Positions 34,812 to 47,200 of a stretch of DNA of 64,000 nt are shown here, piece by piece. Made by a program: the position numbers and the translations under genes. Origin of the DNA: Escherichia coli (GTDB lineage: Bacteria > Pseudomonadota > Gammaproteobacteria > Enterobacterales > Enterobacteriaceae); assembly GCF_009931435.1 (NCBI RefSeq), contig NZ_CP043414.1; one strand, given 5' to 3'. The notes under the pieces were generated by a model that was not told the origin of the DNA, did not search any database, and saw nothing but the letters and a program-made list of their open reading frames with translations. Position 1 is the first letter of the stretch. Every line of letters begins with the position of its first letter.

Positions 34812-36014
34812 ATGACACAATTCGCTTCTCCTGTTCTGCACTCGTTGCTGGATACAGATGCTTATAAGTTGCATATGCAGCAAGCCGTGTTTCATCACTA
34901 TTACGATGTGCATGTCGCGGCGGAGTTTCGTTGCCGAGGTGACGATCTGCTGGGTATTTATGCCGATGCTATTCGTGAACAGGTTCAGGCGATGCAGCAC
35001 CTGCGCCTGCAGGATGATGAATATCAATGGCTCTCAGCCCTGCCTTTCTTTAAAGCCGACTATCTTAACTGGCTACGCGAGTTCCGCTTTAACCCGGAAC
35101 AAGTCACCGTGTCCAACGATAATGGCAAGCTGGATATTCGTTTAAGCGGCCCGTGGCGTGAAGTCATCCTCTGGGAAGTTCCTTTGCTGGCGGTTATCAG
35201 TGAAATGGTGCATCGCTATCGCTCACCGCAGGCCGACGTTGCGCAAGCCCTCGACACGCTGGAAAGCAAATTAGCCGACTTCTCGGCATTAACCGCCGGT
35301 CTTGATATGTCGCGCTTCCATCTGATGGATTTTGGCACCCGCCGACGTTTTTCTCGTGAAGTACAAGAAACCATCGTGAAACGTCTGCAACAGGAATCCT
35401 GGTTCGTAGGCACCAGCAACTACGATCTGGCGCGTCGGCTTTCCCTTACGCCAATGGGAACACAAGCACACGAATGGTTCCAGGCGCATCAGCAAATCAG
35501 TCCGGATCTTGCCAACAGCCAGCGAGCTGCACTCGCTGCCTGGCTGGAAGAATATCCCGACCAACTTGGCATTGCGTTAACCGACTGTATTACCATGGAT
35601 GCTTTCCTGCGAGATTTCGGCGTAGAATTTGCCAGCCGCTATCAGGGCTTGCGTCATGACTCCGGCGACCCGGTTGAATGGGGTGAAAAAGCCATTGCAC
35701 ATTATGAGAAGCTGGGAATTGATCCACAGAGTAAAACGCTGGTTTTCTCTGACAATCTGGATTTACGCAAAGCGGTTGAGCTATACCGCCATTTCTCTTC
35801 CCGCGTGCAATTAAGTTTTGGTATTGGGACTCGCCTGACCTGCGATATCCCCCAGGTAAAACCCCTGAATATTGTCATTAAGTTGGTTGAGTGTAACGGT
35901 AAACCGGTGGCGAAACTTTCTGACAGCCCTGGCAAAACTATCTGCCACGATAAAGCGTTTGTTCGGGCGCTGCGCAAAGCGTTCGACCTTCCGCATATTA
36001 AAAAAGCCAGTTAA
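34812..36014 (+). CDS. pncB: nicotinate phosphoribosyltransferase
   Basis: 400 aa from [23 protein letters not shown]...; the track ORF has a 16-aa extension. Confidence 0.94.
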   Translation: MTQFASPVLHSLLDTDAYKLHMQQAVFHHYYDVHVAAEFRCRGDDLLGIYADAIREQVQAMQHLRLQDDEYQWLSALPFFKADYLNWLREFRFNPEQVTVSNDNGKLDIRLSGPWREVILWEVPLLAVISEMVHRYRSPQADVAQALDTLESKLADFSALTAGLDMSRFHLMDFGTRRRFSREVQETIVKRLQQESWFVGTSNYDLARRLSLTPMGTQAHEWFQAHQQISPDLANSQRAALAAWLEEYPDQLGIALTDCITMDAFLRDFGVEFASRYQGLRHDSGDPVEWGEKAIAHYEKLGIDPQSKTLVFSDNLDLRKAVELYRHFSSRVQLSFGIGTRLTCDIPQVKPLNIVIKLVECNGKPVAKLSDSPGKTICHDKAFVRALRKAFDLPHIKKAS

Positions 36015-36022
36015 TATCATCA

Positions 36023-36048
36023 GGGAGCTAATCGGCTCCCTTTTTTTA
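36023..36048 (+). terminator. rho-independent terminator after pncB
   Basis: Hairpin gggagc-taatcg-gctccc followed by a T7 run. Confidence 0.75.
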
Positions 36049-36182
36049 CCTTTAATTCCGAAATCTTTCGCTGCATTTGCGAATTCTGCTTGTCTGATTG
36101 CAGATGCCAGGTAACATAGGTATCCCCCCATTTACGGGTGGACAAGTGTTTATTTTTTCCGACTATTAACAGAGAGAATATT

Positions 36183-37583
36183 ATGAGCGTTGTGCCTGTA
36201 GCCGACGTACTCCAGGGCCGCGTAGCCGTTGACAGCGAAGTCACCGTGCGCGGATGGGTACGTACCCGCCGAGATTCAAAAGCTGGCATCTCCTTCCTCG
36301 CCGTTTATGACGGTTCCTGCTTTGATCCTGTACAGGCTGTCATCAATAATTCTCTGCCCAATTACAATGAAGACGTTCTGCGTCTGACCACCGGTTGCTC
36401 GGTCATTGTGACGGGTAAAGTCGTGGCGTCGCCAGGACAGGGGCAACAATTTGAAATTCAGGCCAGCAAGGTTGAAGTTGCTGGTTGGGTTGAAGATCCA
36501 GACACTTACCCGATGGCGGCAAAACGCCACAGCATTGAGTATCTGCGTGAAGTCGCTCACCTGCGTCCGCGCACAAACCTGATTGGTGCCGTCGCGCGCG
36601 TTCGCCATACGCTGGCGCAGGCGCTGCATCGCTTCTTTAACGAGCAGGGATTCTTCTGGGTTTCAACGCCACTGATTACTGCGTCTGATACCGAAGGGGC
36701 TGGCGAAATGTTCCGCGTTTCTACGCTGGATCTGGAAAACCTGCCGCGTAACGATCAGGGCAAAGTGGATTTCGACAAAGACTTCTTTGGTAAAGAGTCT
36801 TTCCTGACCGTATCTGGCCAGTTGAATGGCGAAACCTACGCTTGCGCATTGTCCAAAATTTATACCTTCGGCCCGACTTTCCGTGCTGAAAACTCCAACA
36901 CCAGCCGTCACCTGGCGGAATTCTGGATGCTGGAGCCGGAAGTGGCGTTTGCTAACCTGAACGATATCGCGGGTCTGGCTGAAGCCATGCTGAAATATGT
37001 CTTCAAAGCGGTTCTCGAAGAACGCGCTGACGACATGAAATTCTTCGCTGAACGCGTAGATAAAGATGCCGTTTCACGTCTGGAACGCTTTATTGAGGCC
37101 GATTTCGCGCAGGTGGATTACACCGACGCAGTGACCATTCTCGAAAACTGCGGCAGGAAGTTTGAAAACCCGGTTTACTGGGGCGTCGATCTCTCTTCTG
37201 AGCATGAGCGTTATCTGGCAGAAGAACACTTTAAAGCACCGGTAGTGGTTAAAAACTATCCGAAAGATATTAAAGCGTTCTATATGCGCCTTAACGAAGA
37301 CGGTAAAACCGTTGCGGCTATGGATGTTCTGGCTCCGGGCATCGGTGAAATCATTGGTGGTTCTCAGCGTGAAGAGCGTCTGGACGTGCTGGACGAGCGT
37401 ATGCTGGAAATGGGCCTGAATAAAGAAGATTACTGGTGGTATCGCGATCTGCGTCGCTACGGTACTGTTCCGCATTCCGGTTTCGGTCTTGGTTTTGAAC
37501 GCCTGATTGCTTACGTAACTGGCGTGCAAAACGTGCGTGATGTGATTCCGTTCCCACGTACTCCGCGTAACGCCAGCTTCTAA
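36183..37583 (+). CDS. asnS: asparaginyl-tRNA synthetase
   Basis: 466 aa from [25 protein letters not shown].... Confidence 0.96.
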
Positions 37584-37596
37584 TTTAGCGTCTTCA

Positions 37597-37626
37597 AGAG
37601 CCAGCACCCGCTGGCTCTTTTTTTAT
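37597..37626 (+). terminator. rho-independent terminator after asnS
   Basis: Hairpin agagccagc-accc-gctggctct followed by a T7 run. Confidence 0.8.
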
Positions 37627-37974
37627 CCTTTCTGTCAAGTTATCTGTTTGTTAAGTCAAGCAATCTATTTGCAACCCCGCCATAACGATCATCCTGTTAC
37701 GGAATATTACACTGCAACATTTGCGCACAAAAAATAATCCGCATTCTTATTGCGGATTAGTTTTTTCTTAGCTGATAGCACAATTTTCATACTATTTTTT
37801 GGCGTTCTGGATGTCTGAACGAGGATTTAATGCCAGGTCGATAAAGTTTCCATCAGAAACAAAATTTCCTTTTAGTTAATTTAAATATAAGGAAATCATA
37901 TAAATAGATAAAAATTGCTGTAAATATCATCACGCTTCTATGGAAATATGACGGTGTTCACAAAGTTCCTTAAA

Positions 37975-38075
37975 TTTTACTTTTAGTTACATATTTTTTC
38001 TTTTTGAAACCAAATCTTTATCTTTGTAGCACTTTCACGGTAGCGAAACGTTAGTTTGAATGGAAAGATGCCTGC
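37975..38075 (+). promoter_or_regulatory. ompF promoter with tandem OmpR-binding sites (F1-F3 region); transcription start near 38070
   Basis: ttttacttttagttacatattttttctttttgaaaccaaatctttatctttgtagcactttcacgg matches the ompF OmpR-site region as I recall it, at the expected distance from the ATG. A long AT-rich upstream region spans 37626-38184. Confidence 0.65.
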
Positions 38076-38184
38076 AGACACATAAAGACACCAAACTCTC
38101 ATCAATAGTTCCGTAAATTTTTTTTGACAGAACTTATTGACGGCAGTGGCAGGTGTCATAAAAAAACCATGAGGGTAATAAATA

Positions 38185-39273
38185 ATGATGAAGCGCAATA
38201 TTCTGGCAGTGATCGTCCCTGCTCTGTTAGTAGCAGGTACTGCAAACGCTGCAGAAATTTATAACAAAGATGGCAACAAAGTAGATCTGTACGGTAAAGC
38301 TGTCGGTCTGCATTATTTCTCCAAGGGTAACGGTGAAAACAGTTACGGTGGCAATGGCGACATGACCTATGCCCGTCTTGGTTTTAAAGGGGAAACTCAA
38401 ATCAATTCCGATCTGACCGGTTATGGTCAGTGGGAATATAACTTCCAGGGTAACAACTCTGAAGGCACTGACGCTCAAACTGGTAACAAAACCCGTCTGG
38501 CATTCGCGGGTCTTAAATACGCTGACGTTGGTTCTTTCGATTACGGCCGTAACTACGGTGTGGTTTATGATGCACTGGGTTACACCGATATGCTGCCAGA
38601 ATTTGGTGGTGATACTGCATACAGCGATGACTTCTTCGTTGGTCGTGTTGGCGGCGTTGCTACCTATCGTAACTCCAACTTCTTTGGTCTGGTTGATGGC
38701 CTGAACTTCGCTGTTCAGTACCTGGGTAAAAACGAGCGTGACACTGCACGCCGCTCTAACGGCGACGGTGTTGGCGGTTCTATCAGCTACGAATACGAAG
38801 GCTTTGGTATCGTTGGTGCTTATGGCGCCGCTGACCGTACCAACCTGCAAGAAGCTCAACCTCTTGGCAACGGTAAAAAAGCTGAACAGTGGGCTACTGG
38901 TCTGAAGTATGACGCGAACAACATCTACCTGGCAGCGAACTACGGTGAAACCCGTAACGCTACGCCGATCACTAATAAATTTACAAACATCAGCGGCTTC
39001 GCCAACAAAACGCAAGATGTTCTGTTAGTTGCGCAATACCAGTTCGATTTCGGTCTGCGTCCGTCCATCGCTTACACCAAATCTAAAGCGAAAGACGTAG
39101 AAGGTATCGGTGATGTTGATCTGGTGAACTACTTTGAAGTGGGCGCAACCTACTACTTCAACAAAAACATGTCCACCTATGTTGACTACATCATCAACCA
39201 GATCGATTCTGACAACAAACTGGGCGTAGGTTCAGACGACACCGTTGCTGTGGGTATCGTTTACCAGTTCTAA
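38185..39273 (+). CDS. ompF: outer membrane porin F
   Basis: 362-aa ORF ([22 protein letters not shown] | [10 protein letters not shown]...) ending in the porin C-terminal ...VGIVYQF. Confidence 0.97.
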   Translation: MMKRNILAVIVPALLVAGTANAAEIYNKDGNKVDLYGKAVGLHYFSKGNGENSYGGNGDMTYARLGFKGETQINSDLTGYGQWEYNFQGNNSEGTDAQTGNKTRLAFAGLKYADVGSFDYGRNYGVVYDALGYTDMLPEFGGDTAYSDDFFVGRVGGVATYRNSNFFGLVDGLNFAVQYLGKNERDTARRSNGDGVGGSISYEYEGFGIVGAYGAADRTNLQEAQPLGNGKKAEQWATGLKYDANNIYLAANYGETRNATPITNKFTNISGFANKTQDVLLVAQYQFDFGLRPSIAYTKSKAKDVEGIGDVDLVNYFEVGATYYFNKNMSTYVDYIINQIDSDNKLGVGSDDTVAVGIVYQF

Positions 39274-39300
39274 TAGCACACCTCTTTGTTAAATGCCGAA

Positions 39301-39329
39301 AAAACAGGACTTTGGTCCTGTTTTTTTTA
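39301..39329 (+). terminator. rho-independent terminator after ompF
   Basis: Hairpin aacaggac-tttg-gtcctgtt followed by a T-run. Confidence 0.8.
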
Positions 39330-39457
39330 TGCCTTCCAGAGCAATCTCACGTCTTGCAAAAACAGCCTGCGTTTTCATCAGTAATAGTTGGAATTTTGTA
39401 AATCTCCCGTTACCCTGATAGCGGACTTCCCTTCTGTAACCATAATGGAACCTCGTC

Positions 39458-40648
39458 ATGTTTGAGAACATTACCGCCGCTCCTGCCGACCCGATTCTGG
39501 GCCTGGCCGATCTGTTTCGTGCCGATGAACGTCCCGGCAAAATTAACCTCGGGATTGGTGTCTATAAAGATGAGACGGGCAAAACCCCGGTACTGACCAG
39601 CGTGAAAAAGGCTGAACAGTATCTGCTCGAAAATGAAACCACCAAAAATTACCTCGGCATTGACGGCATCCCTGAATTTGGTCGCTGCACTCAGGAACTG
39701 CTGTTTGGTAAAGGTAGCGCCCTGATCAATGACAAACGTGCTCGCACGGCACAGACTCCGGGTGGCACTGGCGCACTACGCGTGGCTGCCGATTTCCTGG
39801 CAAAAAATACCAGCGTTAAGCGTGTGTGGGTGAGCAACCCAAGCTGGCCGAACCATAAGAGCGTCTTTAACTCTGCAGGTCTGGAAGTTCGTGAATACGC
39901 TTATTATGATGCGGAAAATCACACCCTTGACTTCGATGCACTGATTAACAGCCTGAACGAAGCTCAGGCTGGCGACGTAGTGCTGTTCCATGGCTGCTGC
40001 CATAACCCAACCGGTATCGACCCTACGCTGGAACAATGGCAGACACTGGCACAACTTTCCGTTGAGAAAGGCTGGTTACCGCTGTTTGACTTCGCTTACC
40101 AGGGGTTTGCCCGTGGTCTGGAAGAAGATGCTGAAGGACTGCGCGCTTTCGCGGCTATGCATAAAGAGCTGATTGTTGCCAGTTCCTACTCTAAAAACTT
40201 TGGCCTGTACAACGAGCGTGTTGGCGCTTGTACTCTGGTTGCTGCTGACAGTGAAACCGTTGATCGCGCATTCAGCCAAATGAAAGCGGCGATTCGCGCT
40301 AACTACTCTAACCCACCAGCACACGGCGCTTCTGTTGTTGCCACCATCCTGAGCAACGATGCGTTACGTGCGATTTGGGAACAAGAGCTGACTGATATGC
40401 GCCAGCGTATTCAGCGTATGCGTCAGTTGTTCGTCAATACGCTGCAGGAAAAAGGCGCAAACCGCGACTTCAGCTTTATCATCAAACAGAACGGCATGTT
40501 CTCCTTCAGTGGCCTGACAAAAGAACAAGTGCTGCGTCTGCGCGAAGAGTTTGGCGTGTATGCTGTTGCTTCTGGTCGCGTAAACGTGGCCGGGATGACA
40601 CCAGATAATATGGCTCCGCTGTGCGAAGCGATTGTGGCAGTGCTGTAA
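39458..40648 (+). CDS. aspC: aspartate aminotransferase
   Basis: 396-aa ORF with the PLP-lysine motif SYSKNFGLY. Confidence 0.97.
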   Translation: MFENITAAPADPILGLADLFRADERPGKINLGIGVYKDETGKTPVLTSVKKAEQYLLENETTKNYLGIDGIPEFGRCTQELLFGKGSALINDKRARTAQTPGGTGALRVAADFLAKNTSVKRVWVSNPSWPNHKSVFNSAGLEVREYAYYDAENHTLDFDALINSLNEAQAGDVVLFHGCCHNPTGIDPTLEQWQTLAQLSVEKGWLPLFDFAYQGFARGLEEDAEGLRAFAAMHKELIVASSYSKNFGLYNERVGACTLVAADSETVDRAFSQMKAAIRANYSNPPAHGASVVATILSNDALRAIWEQELTDMRQRIQRMRQLFVNTLQEKGANRDFSFIIKQNGMFSFSGLTKEQVLRLREEFGVYAVASGRVNVAGMTPDNMAPLCEAIVAVL

Positions 40649-40663
40649 GCGTTAAAAACAATG

Positions 40664-40690
40664 AAGCCCGCTGAAAAGCGGGCTTTTTTA
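40664..40690. terminator. terminator between convergent aspC and gloC
   Basis: Hairpin aagcccgc-tgaaaa-gcgggctt followed by ttttta. Confidence 0.75.
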
Positions 40691-40697
40691 TACGTCT

Positions 40698-41345
40698 TTA
40701 CCAGACGGGCATTTCGTCTTGCAGGAAGGGATTATGCAGGCGTTCGTAACCAAGAGTAGATAATGGTCCGTGACCCGGAATAAATGTCACGTCATCCCCC
40801 AGGGGCAGCAATTTATCTTTGATTGAAGAAATCAGTTGATTATGATCGCCACGCGGGAAGTCACTGCGCCCTACTCCGCCTTTGAAAATAACATCGCCAG
40901 AAATCAGCAGTTTTGCCCGATCATCAAAAAACACCACATGACCCGGCGTATGACCAGGGCAATGCAACACCTGTAAAGTCACATTCCCTATGCTGATGGT
41001 GTCTCCTTCGTTCAGCCAACGATCTGGCGTCAGCGGCTGGCACTCTTCCAGACCAAACATACGACTTTGCGCAGGCAAGCCTTGTAGCCAGAACTCATCT
41101 TCTTTTTCCGGGCCAAAAACCGGCACGCCGTAATGTTGCGCCAGTTCCGCCGCTGCGCCAACGTGGTCCAGATGACCATGAGTCAGCAGGATCTGCATCA
41201 GTGTCAGGCCGCTGGCATCAACTTCCTGTTTGATTTTTTCCGCATCGCCGCCAGGATCGACCAGTGCGGCCAGACGGGTTTGTTCACACCAGATCAATGA
41301 ACAGTTCTGGGAGAATGCGGTGACCGGAATAATACGATAGTTCAT
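40698..41345 (-). CDS. gloC: metallo-beta-lactamase-fold hydroxyacylglutathione hydrolase (glyoxalase II paralog)
   Basis: 215-aa ORF with an HxHxDH motif (THGHLDHVG); recognised as YcbL/GloC. Confidence 0.9.
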   Translation of the reverse strand: MNYRIIPVTAFSQNCSLIWCEQTRLAALVDPGGDAEKIKQEVDASGLTLMQILLTHGHLDHVGAAAELAQHYGVPVFGPEKEDEFWLQGLPAQSRMFGLEECQPLTPDRWLNEGDTISIGNVTLQVLHCPGHTPGHVVFFDDRAKLLISGDVIFKGGVGRSDFPRGDHNQLISSIKDKLLPLGDDVTFIPGHGPLSTLGYERLHNPFLQDEMPVW

Positions 41346-41371
41346 ACTGCCCCTGTTTCGTTAAGCGATTG

Positions 41372-41920
41372 CTACCAGTGCCGTGCTGGCCCGGTATCAA
41401 TATGCACAAAGTTACTACGTGGGTAATATCCTACACCACCTGCGCGCATAGATAACGCGGCTTTGCGAATATTGCTTAACGCGATACCTTCAATATGGAA
41501 ATCCATCGCCTGCCCTTTCGTGTGATAGCTTTTCTTCGCTACTCCACGGCTGCGGGCACGTAGTTCATTGTTGGTATCAATGGAGCGATAACCGGAAATG
41601 AGTTGCACCGGTTTGCGGGTGCCTAACAACCCTTGCAGGCGATACAACTGATCGAATAATCCTGGGTCGATGGACTTTATTTTGTTCGCGCGGTAATCGC
41701 GGAAAAAATGGTTAAGTTTTGCCAATTCTTCCTGAATATAGCCTCTGCCATCGAAAAACTCCGCTTTGATTGACTCTCCGGTATGGAGATTATTGAGTGT
41801 CAAAATACGCGGGCGTGGGGTAGAGAGTGTTGCAAACGCCGGGGTCGGCAGGATGGCGGCACCGAGTGCAACGCCACCAAGCGCCAGCAGTTTGCGGCGA
41901 TTAGCGTCGAATTTGTCCAT
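41372..41920 (-). CDS. mepK: peptidoglycan L,D-endopeptidase (M15 family), Tat-exported
   Basis: 182 aa from MDKFDANRRKLLALGGVALGAAI... with a twin-arginine signal; recognised as YcbK/MepK. Confidence 0.9.
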   Translation of the reverse strand: MDKFDANRRKLLALGGVALGAAILPTPAFATLSTPRPRILTLNNLHTGESIKAEFFDGRGYIQEELAKLNHFFRDYRANKIKSIDPGLFDQLYRLQGLLGTRKPVQLISGYRSIDTNNELRARSRGVAKKSYHTKGQAMDFHIEGIALSNIRKAALSMRAGGVGYYPRSNFVHIDTGPARHW

Positions 41921-42100
41921 GATAATCAAGTCTACAGGTCAATGTTATCGTTTATATGCACTTCTGGCGCACAAGAGGCACCTTAACCGCCCGTAAAGCA
42001 GACGTCAAGATGACTCAACCCCAGCAGTGACGGGGGCTGCAGAGAAGCGCCCCCGATCATGCTAATTATTACGACAACTGATTTCCCCGAACTGCTTCAT

Positions 42101-43948
42101 TTACCTGATTAATTGTTCCGCTTTCGATACGATTTGCGAGCTGGATCGCGCAGGCAGATCATAATTGTAAATATCTGTACGATACTGGGTACGACCATCT
42201 GCACCAACAAAGGCCGTCAGATAGAAGAGATTCACCGGAATCGACTGCCGAATATTGACGTAACGCGTATCGCCCTGCTTCAGCGCATCAGAAATACGTT
42301 TGTCATTCCAGCCTGCATCCTGCAACAGCATATTCGCCAGATCGGAAGCTTTATTCACTCGTACACAGCCTGAGCTCAATGCGCGTGTATCACGCTTGAA
42401 CAGATTATGGTTCGGCGTGTCATGCAAATAAATGGCCTCTGAACTCGGCATATTGAATTTATAGCGCCCCAGCGAGTTCCGTGGGCCTGGAGCCTGCTGG
42501 AAGCGGAACGGTAAATTCGAGGCCGTGATTGTAGACCAGTCAACCTGCCATGGGTCAATCGCTTCTCTGCTGTTCCAGCCGCGCATCACCGTATAGCCAT
42601 GGCTTTCGAGATACCCAGGATCATTGCGCACTTTCGGCAGAATATCTTTGCGTGCCAGAGTTGGTGGTACGTTCCACGGCGGGTTTACCACCACGTTGTT
42701 AAGGGCACTACTCATCATCGGCGTTTTGCGATCGGGGCGACCGACAATGACTCGCGAATCCAGCACCTGATTGCCGTTCTGATAGTAGACCAGCGAATAG
42801 GCCGGAATGTTAACCATGATCCCGGTAGAAAGCTCTGTTGGCAGCAAGCGCAATCGCTGGATGTTGAGTGCCAACACGCCAGCACGCTGGGCGGGCGTTA
42901 CGTTTAACCAGTCACGCGTTGCCGGGCCAATAGCACCATCTGCCCCCAATCCTTGCCATGCCTGAAAACGTTTAACGGCTTCCACCAGTTCATTATCGTA
43001 GGCGGCACGAACGACAGGCGCAGGTTTACTACGAGACGTAGTTTGCTGGTCCATCGGCTTAGTTTCTGCTGTTTCAACAGTAACAGCGGATGGGCTGACT
43101 ACCGCGTCAGTTGGCGTGTCATCGCCAGGTAGAGTAATTTTCGGCCCCCCGTCCAGCATGCCTGTACGCTGCAATATTTCGCGCAACGCCGGTACGTCGT
43201 TACTCCACTGCCCTGGGCGCAACGTTGCTTTGCCGGTCAGTTGGGGCCACGGTTTGGTGTCACTGAGTAAGGCCAGTAACGATTCATGCATCGCCGCATA
43301 TTGCGGATGCTGCGGTGCCAGTCCTGCAACAAACGTCGGCAATTGACCTTTATCCAGCGCCAGCTGCCATTGGTTAATCACCGAGAGCGGCGGCGTGGAA
43401 AGCGCATAAGGTTTACTGCTGTATAGCCAGCGAGTGCCTTTGACCGGAATATTTGCAATGAAATGGAGATAGCCCATCATCGCATCAGAGAGCACCACAT
43501 CGCGTGCCATCCCGTTAATACCAGGATCGGTCAGCAACTCTACCCATTTATTAAACTGCGGCTGGAAACCGGCAATCGCCACCTCTGCCAGCTGTTGCTG
43601 GAAGGCTTTAACAGCATCACGGTTTTCCCACATGGGTTGCATATCGCGTGCGGCATACAACAGTTGAAGCTGGTTAAGATAAACCGGCTTATAGCCTGCA
43701 GGTAATTGAGATTCGATTTGCGTGCGGGCTTTTTCTGCCGCACCTTCAGGCAATGGCTGGATCCCCGCCATTATTGCCGTGACCTGCGCCTGCGGCAGTG
43801 CCTCGCCCTGTTCGCTGACAGCCACCGGGCTGTCGCCAGGGATTACTTCAGGCTCATCGGCCTGAGCATTGAACAGTGGAGCGAATGTTACGGCCACGCA
43901 CAAACTGATTGCCGACAGCCGACGACCACACATCATATTAAGCAACAT
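42101..43948 (-). CDS. ldtD: L,D-transpeptidase LdtD
   Basis: 615-aa ORF with a signal peptide and a YkuD domain with catalytic Cys (LSSGCVRV); recognised as YcbB/LdtD. Confidence 0.93.
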   Translation of the reverse strand: MLLNMMCGRRLSAISLCVAVTFAPLFNAQADEPEVIPGDSPVAVSEQGEALPQAQVTAIMAGIQPLPEGAAEKARTQIESQLPAGYKPVYLNQLQLLYAARDMQPMWENRDAVKAFQQQLAEVAIAGFQPQFNKWVELLTDPGINGMARDVVLSDAMMGYLHFIANIPVKGTRWLYSSKPYALSTPPLSVINQWQLALDKGQLPTFVAGLAPQHPQYAAMHESLLALLSDTKPWPQLTGKATLRPGQWSNDVPALREILQRTGMLDGGPKITLPGDDTPTDAVVSPSAVTVETAETKPMDQQTTSRSKPAPVVRAAYDNELVEAVKRFQAWQGLGADGAIGPATRDWLNVTPAQRAGVLALNIQRLRLLPTELSTGIMVNIPAYSLVYYQNGNQVLDSRVIVGRPDRKTPMMSSALNNVVVNPPWNVPPTLARKDILPKVRNDPGYLESHGYTVMRGWNSREAIDPWQVDWSTITASNLPFRFQQAPGPRNSLGRYKFNMPSSEAIYLHDTPNHNLFKRDTRALSSGCVRVNKASDLANMLLQDAGWNDKRISDALKQGDTRYVNIRQSIPVNLFYLTAFVGADGRTQYRTDIYNYDLPARSSSQIVSKAEQLIR

Positions 43949-44167
43949 CCCTTGCCCCCTGTTTTTATCATACTCTGAATAGCCAGGCTGTTATTTTACG
44001 ACTTGCCTGTACAACGCCAATACTCACGAAAGTATGACGAGCAAGCCTGTTACTCATCAGGCTTATCTTCAGTATATAAACGCCGATACGTTTTTACATA
44101 ACCTAATGTAAAGAAGTTTAAAGAAAAGCGCGCCAGAATGTGGCACTTTTTTAGTGCAGAAACGGAG

Positions 44168-44203
44168 TTTTCAGAAACAGGAAAGGCGGCATCGCTGCCG
44201 CCT
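44168..44203 (-). terminator. probable terminator after mukB
   Basis: Hairpin aggcggc-atcgct-gccgcct just 3' of the mukB stop, with a T-rich tract on the minus strand. Confidence 0.5.
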
Positions 44204-44208
44204 CAATC

Positions 44209-47200
44209 TTAACTCGCCTGGGAAGGCGCTTCGTCAGTTCCTGGAAGCGTTTCAGGGAGTTGCGGTGCAAAACCACGCAGACCGACTACGTGAACGTGTT
44301 CGGTATTCTGGAAGACTTTACGCACCAGTTTATAGGTGGTGCCTTTTTCCGGGCTGATATTTTCCGGCGCTGCGATGATGAGCTGCATTTGCAAACGCTC
44401 ACACAATTCAAACAGCGTGGCGATGGAACGGGCATCCAGTCGCGCTGCTTCATCAAGGAACAGCAGACGGCAAGGAGAGATATCTTTACCGCGCAAGCGG
44501 CGAGATTCATCTTCCCAACTCTGTACCACCATCACCAGAATCGACATACCGGTACCAATAGCCTCACCGGTCGACAATGCACCAGATTCCGCGCGCAACC
44601 AGCCATCGGAACCACGGTTAACCTCAACTTCCATTTCAAGATAGTTACGGTAATCCAGCAGTTCTTCACCGATGGTCTGCGGCGTGCGCTGCCCCATATC
44701 AATCTGCGGATTAAGGCGCTGATACAGTTTCGCCAGCGCTTCCGAGAAGGTCAGACGGTTGCTGTTAAACAGATCCTGATGTTGTTCGTGCTGTTCAGAG
44801 AGCACATCCAGCAGCATGGCGTGCGTTTCACGCACGTTCACGTTGAGGCGCACGCTGTTCACCTGGCCAAACGATACGCTCTGCAAGCCCTGGTTGAGCA
44901 TACGGATACGGTTCTGCTCGCGCTGAATGGTTTTGCGAATAATGTTCGCCACGCTGCGGGAACTGATCGCCAGTTTCTGTTCGCGGGAGGTTAACTCTTC
45001 AGTCAGACGGCTAAGTTCGATCTCCATCTGCTCGATAGCTTCAACCGGATCATCGGTACGAATAATATCCTGACGAATACGCTCGCGCAGATGCTGATAA
45101 ACCGCCACGAAGAACTGAATTTTACGTTCCGGACGTTTTGGATCTTCCGACATACGCAGCACGTCGCGCAGATGTTCGTTATCCGCTACCGCGAGACGCA
45201 ACGCACCCAACGCCTTATCCGACATGGAACGCAAATCATCAGCGGAGAGATAAGCCAGCTCACGACGGTGTAAGCGGCGCTCAACACCGTTATCTTTCAC
45301 CATGCGCATCACTGCACACCAGCCCGCTTTCGCGGTCACTACCTGCTCGCGCATCTCAAAGTAATCACGCTCCAGCTTGCGCAGTTTGCGGGTCAGGTTG
45401 TCCATCTCCGCTTCGCAGAAGGTAAGCGCTTTTTCCAGTTGGTTGCGGCGTGAACGGTTATTGCTCAGTTGCGCGTGCAACTCGTCACGGCGAATACGCG
45501 CCCGCTCTTCTGCCCCGCTATCAGCACGCACGCCGATATCCTGCAATTCACGTTGCAGATCGTTGAGTAGCTCTTTTTTGGTGTCGTAAGAACTTTTCAG
45601 CGAAGCCAGCACCTGGTTGTACTGACTCAACTGCGCTGCGTGTCCGCGCAACGCTTCACGAGCGCGGGTACGCTCCGCTTCCGCCTGTTCCAGACGTTCA
45701 CGCAGTTTTTCGTTGAGATCGCTGTTACCGCTAAGCATTTCTGCCGAGTCAGAGTAGCTAAAGTGCGCACGACGCTGCACCACTTCCGTCAGGGCAAACG
45801 CCTGCTGACGGGCATCGCGCTGCATCTGCTGAGAGTACGCGTAATCTTCTTTTAACTGTTCGAACTGTTCCGGGTCGCTCTGCAATACCGAAACGATCGG
45901 TTCCAGTTTCGCCAGTTGATTGCCAAACTGCTGAACAAAACGCGCGGCTTCCTGGGCTTCATCCAGACGTTCGCGGATTTCATCGACGCGATCTGCCAGG
46001 CTGTCATCAGCCAGCAGGTTAAGACGCGGCAGAATGCGGTTCAGGGCCGTAACGCCCTCTTTCGCCTGCTCAAACTGAATACGCTGCTGCTGGTTATCAT
46101 TTTCATGATTACTCAACGCCCGCTCCAGTTCGACGCGACGGCTGTTCAGTTGACGGATTTCTGCTTCCGGGTCAGACTCAAACGCCACCGCCAGATGACT
46201 ACCTATAAAGCGGCTGAACGCCTGATGCAGACGCTGGGTTTTCTGTACATCAAAAGAGAGTGTGGCGAAGCGTTCGGAAAGCACTTCACGTTCGGCATGG
46301 AGGCTTTCGATGCGGCTTTCGCGAGCAGCACGACCAAACAGCGGCACTTCCGGGAAACGTGAATAACGCCACTGACGATCGGCGATTTTCACCACTACCG
46401 CTTTTTCCAGCTCATCAACGCTGAACACGCTGTCATCGAATGACTGCGGATCCCCTTCGATCAGATAGAGATCTTCCGGGCAATCGGTCAAGCCTTCCAG
46501 GTGTTCGGTTACCTGTGACAGATCTGACACCACGATGGCGTGGCGTGACGGGCCATACAGTGCTGAGAAGTACGGCGCATCTTCCAGGCTAACGTCGTCA
46601 TAAATTTCTGACAGCAACACGCCGCCAAAACGCTCCGCCAGCGCATTCAGACGCTGGTCTTCAGAGCCGCCTGGCTGGCTTAAACGTTCGATCTCTTCAT
46701 CGACGGCGTTTTTGCGTGCGCCAACTTCGTCACGTTCAACAATGGCTTCGCGCTCACGCTCCAGCAACTGTTGCAGATATTCGGTGACGTCCTGGCTTGA
46801 GGAGAATTCTTCGCCGCACTGTTCGCTCAACTGGTTGAGACTGTTTTGCGCTGCCAGCCAAACCGGCGCACGCTGCATCAAACTCTGAATGCGAGACTGC
46901 AGCTGTTCCTGCTCCTGGCGCAGTGCCATCCGCTCTTCTCGGGCGTTAGAGACGCTATCGGAAAGAGAGGCAATGCGTGCTTCCAGCTCCTGATGCAGAG
47001 CTTCCAGTTCATCAATATCAAAATTCTTGCCCTGACGTTTGCAGAAATCTGCCAGCAGACGCTCAGCTTCTTGCTGTTCACGCAGACGCTGTTCCAGTTC
47101 GCTTAAGCGCATCCGCAACGGCTGAACCTGCTCTGCCAGGTGACGCTGATCGACCCCTTCGCGCAATAGTTCGCGAGCGACATCCCACGCCTCGTTACGC

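Noticed and set aside
38227-39015. 262-aa minus-strand ORF antisense to ompF
   Set aside because: Fully embedded in ompF, whose identity is unambiguous; it is a frame artefact.
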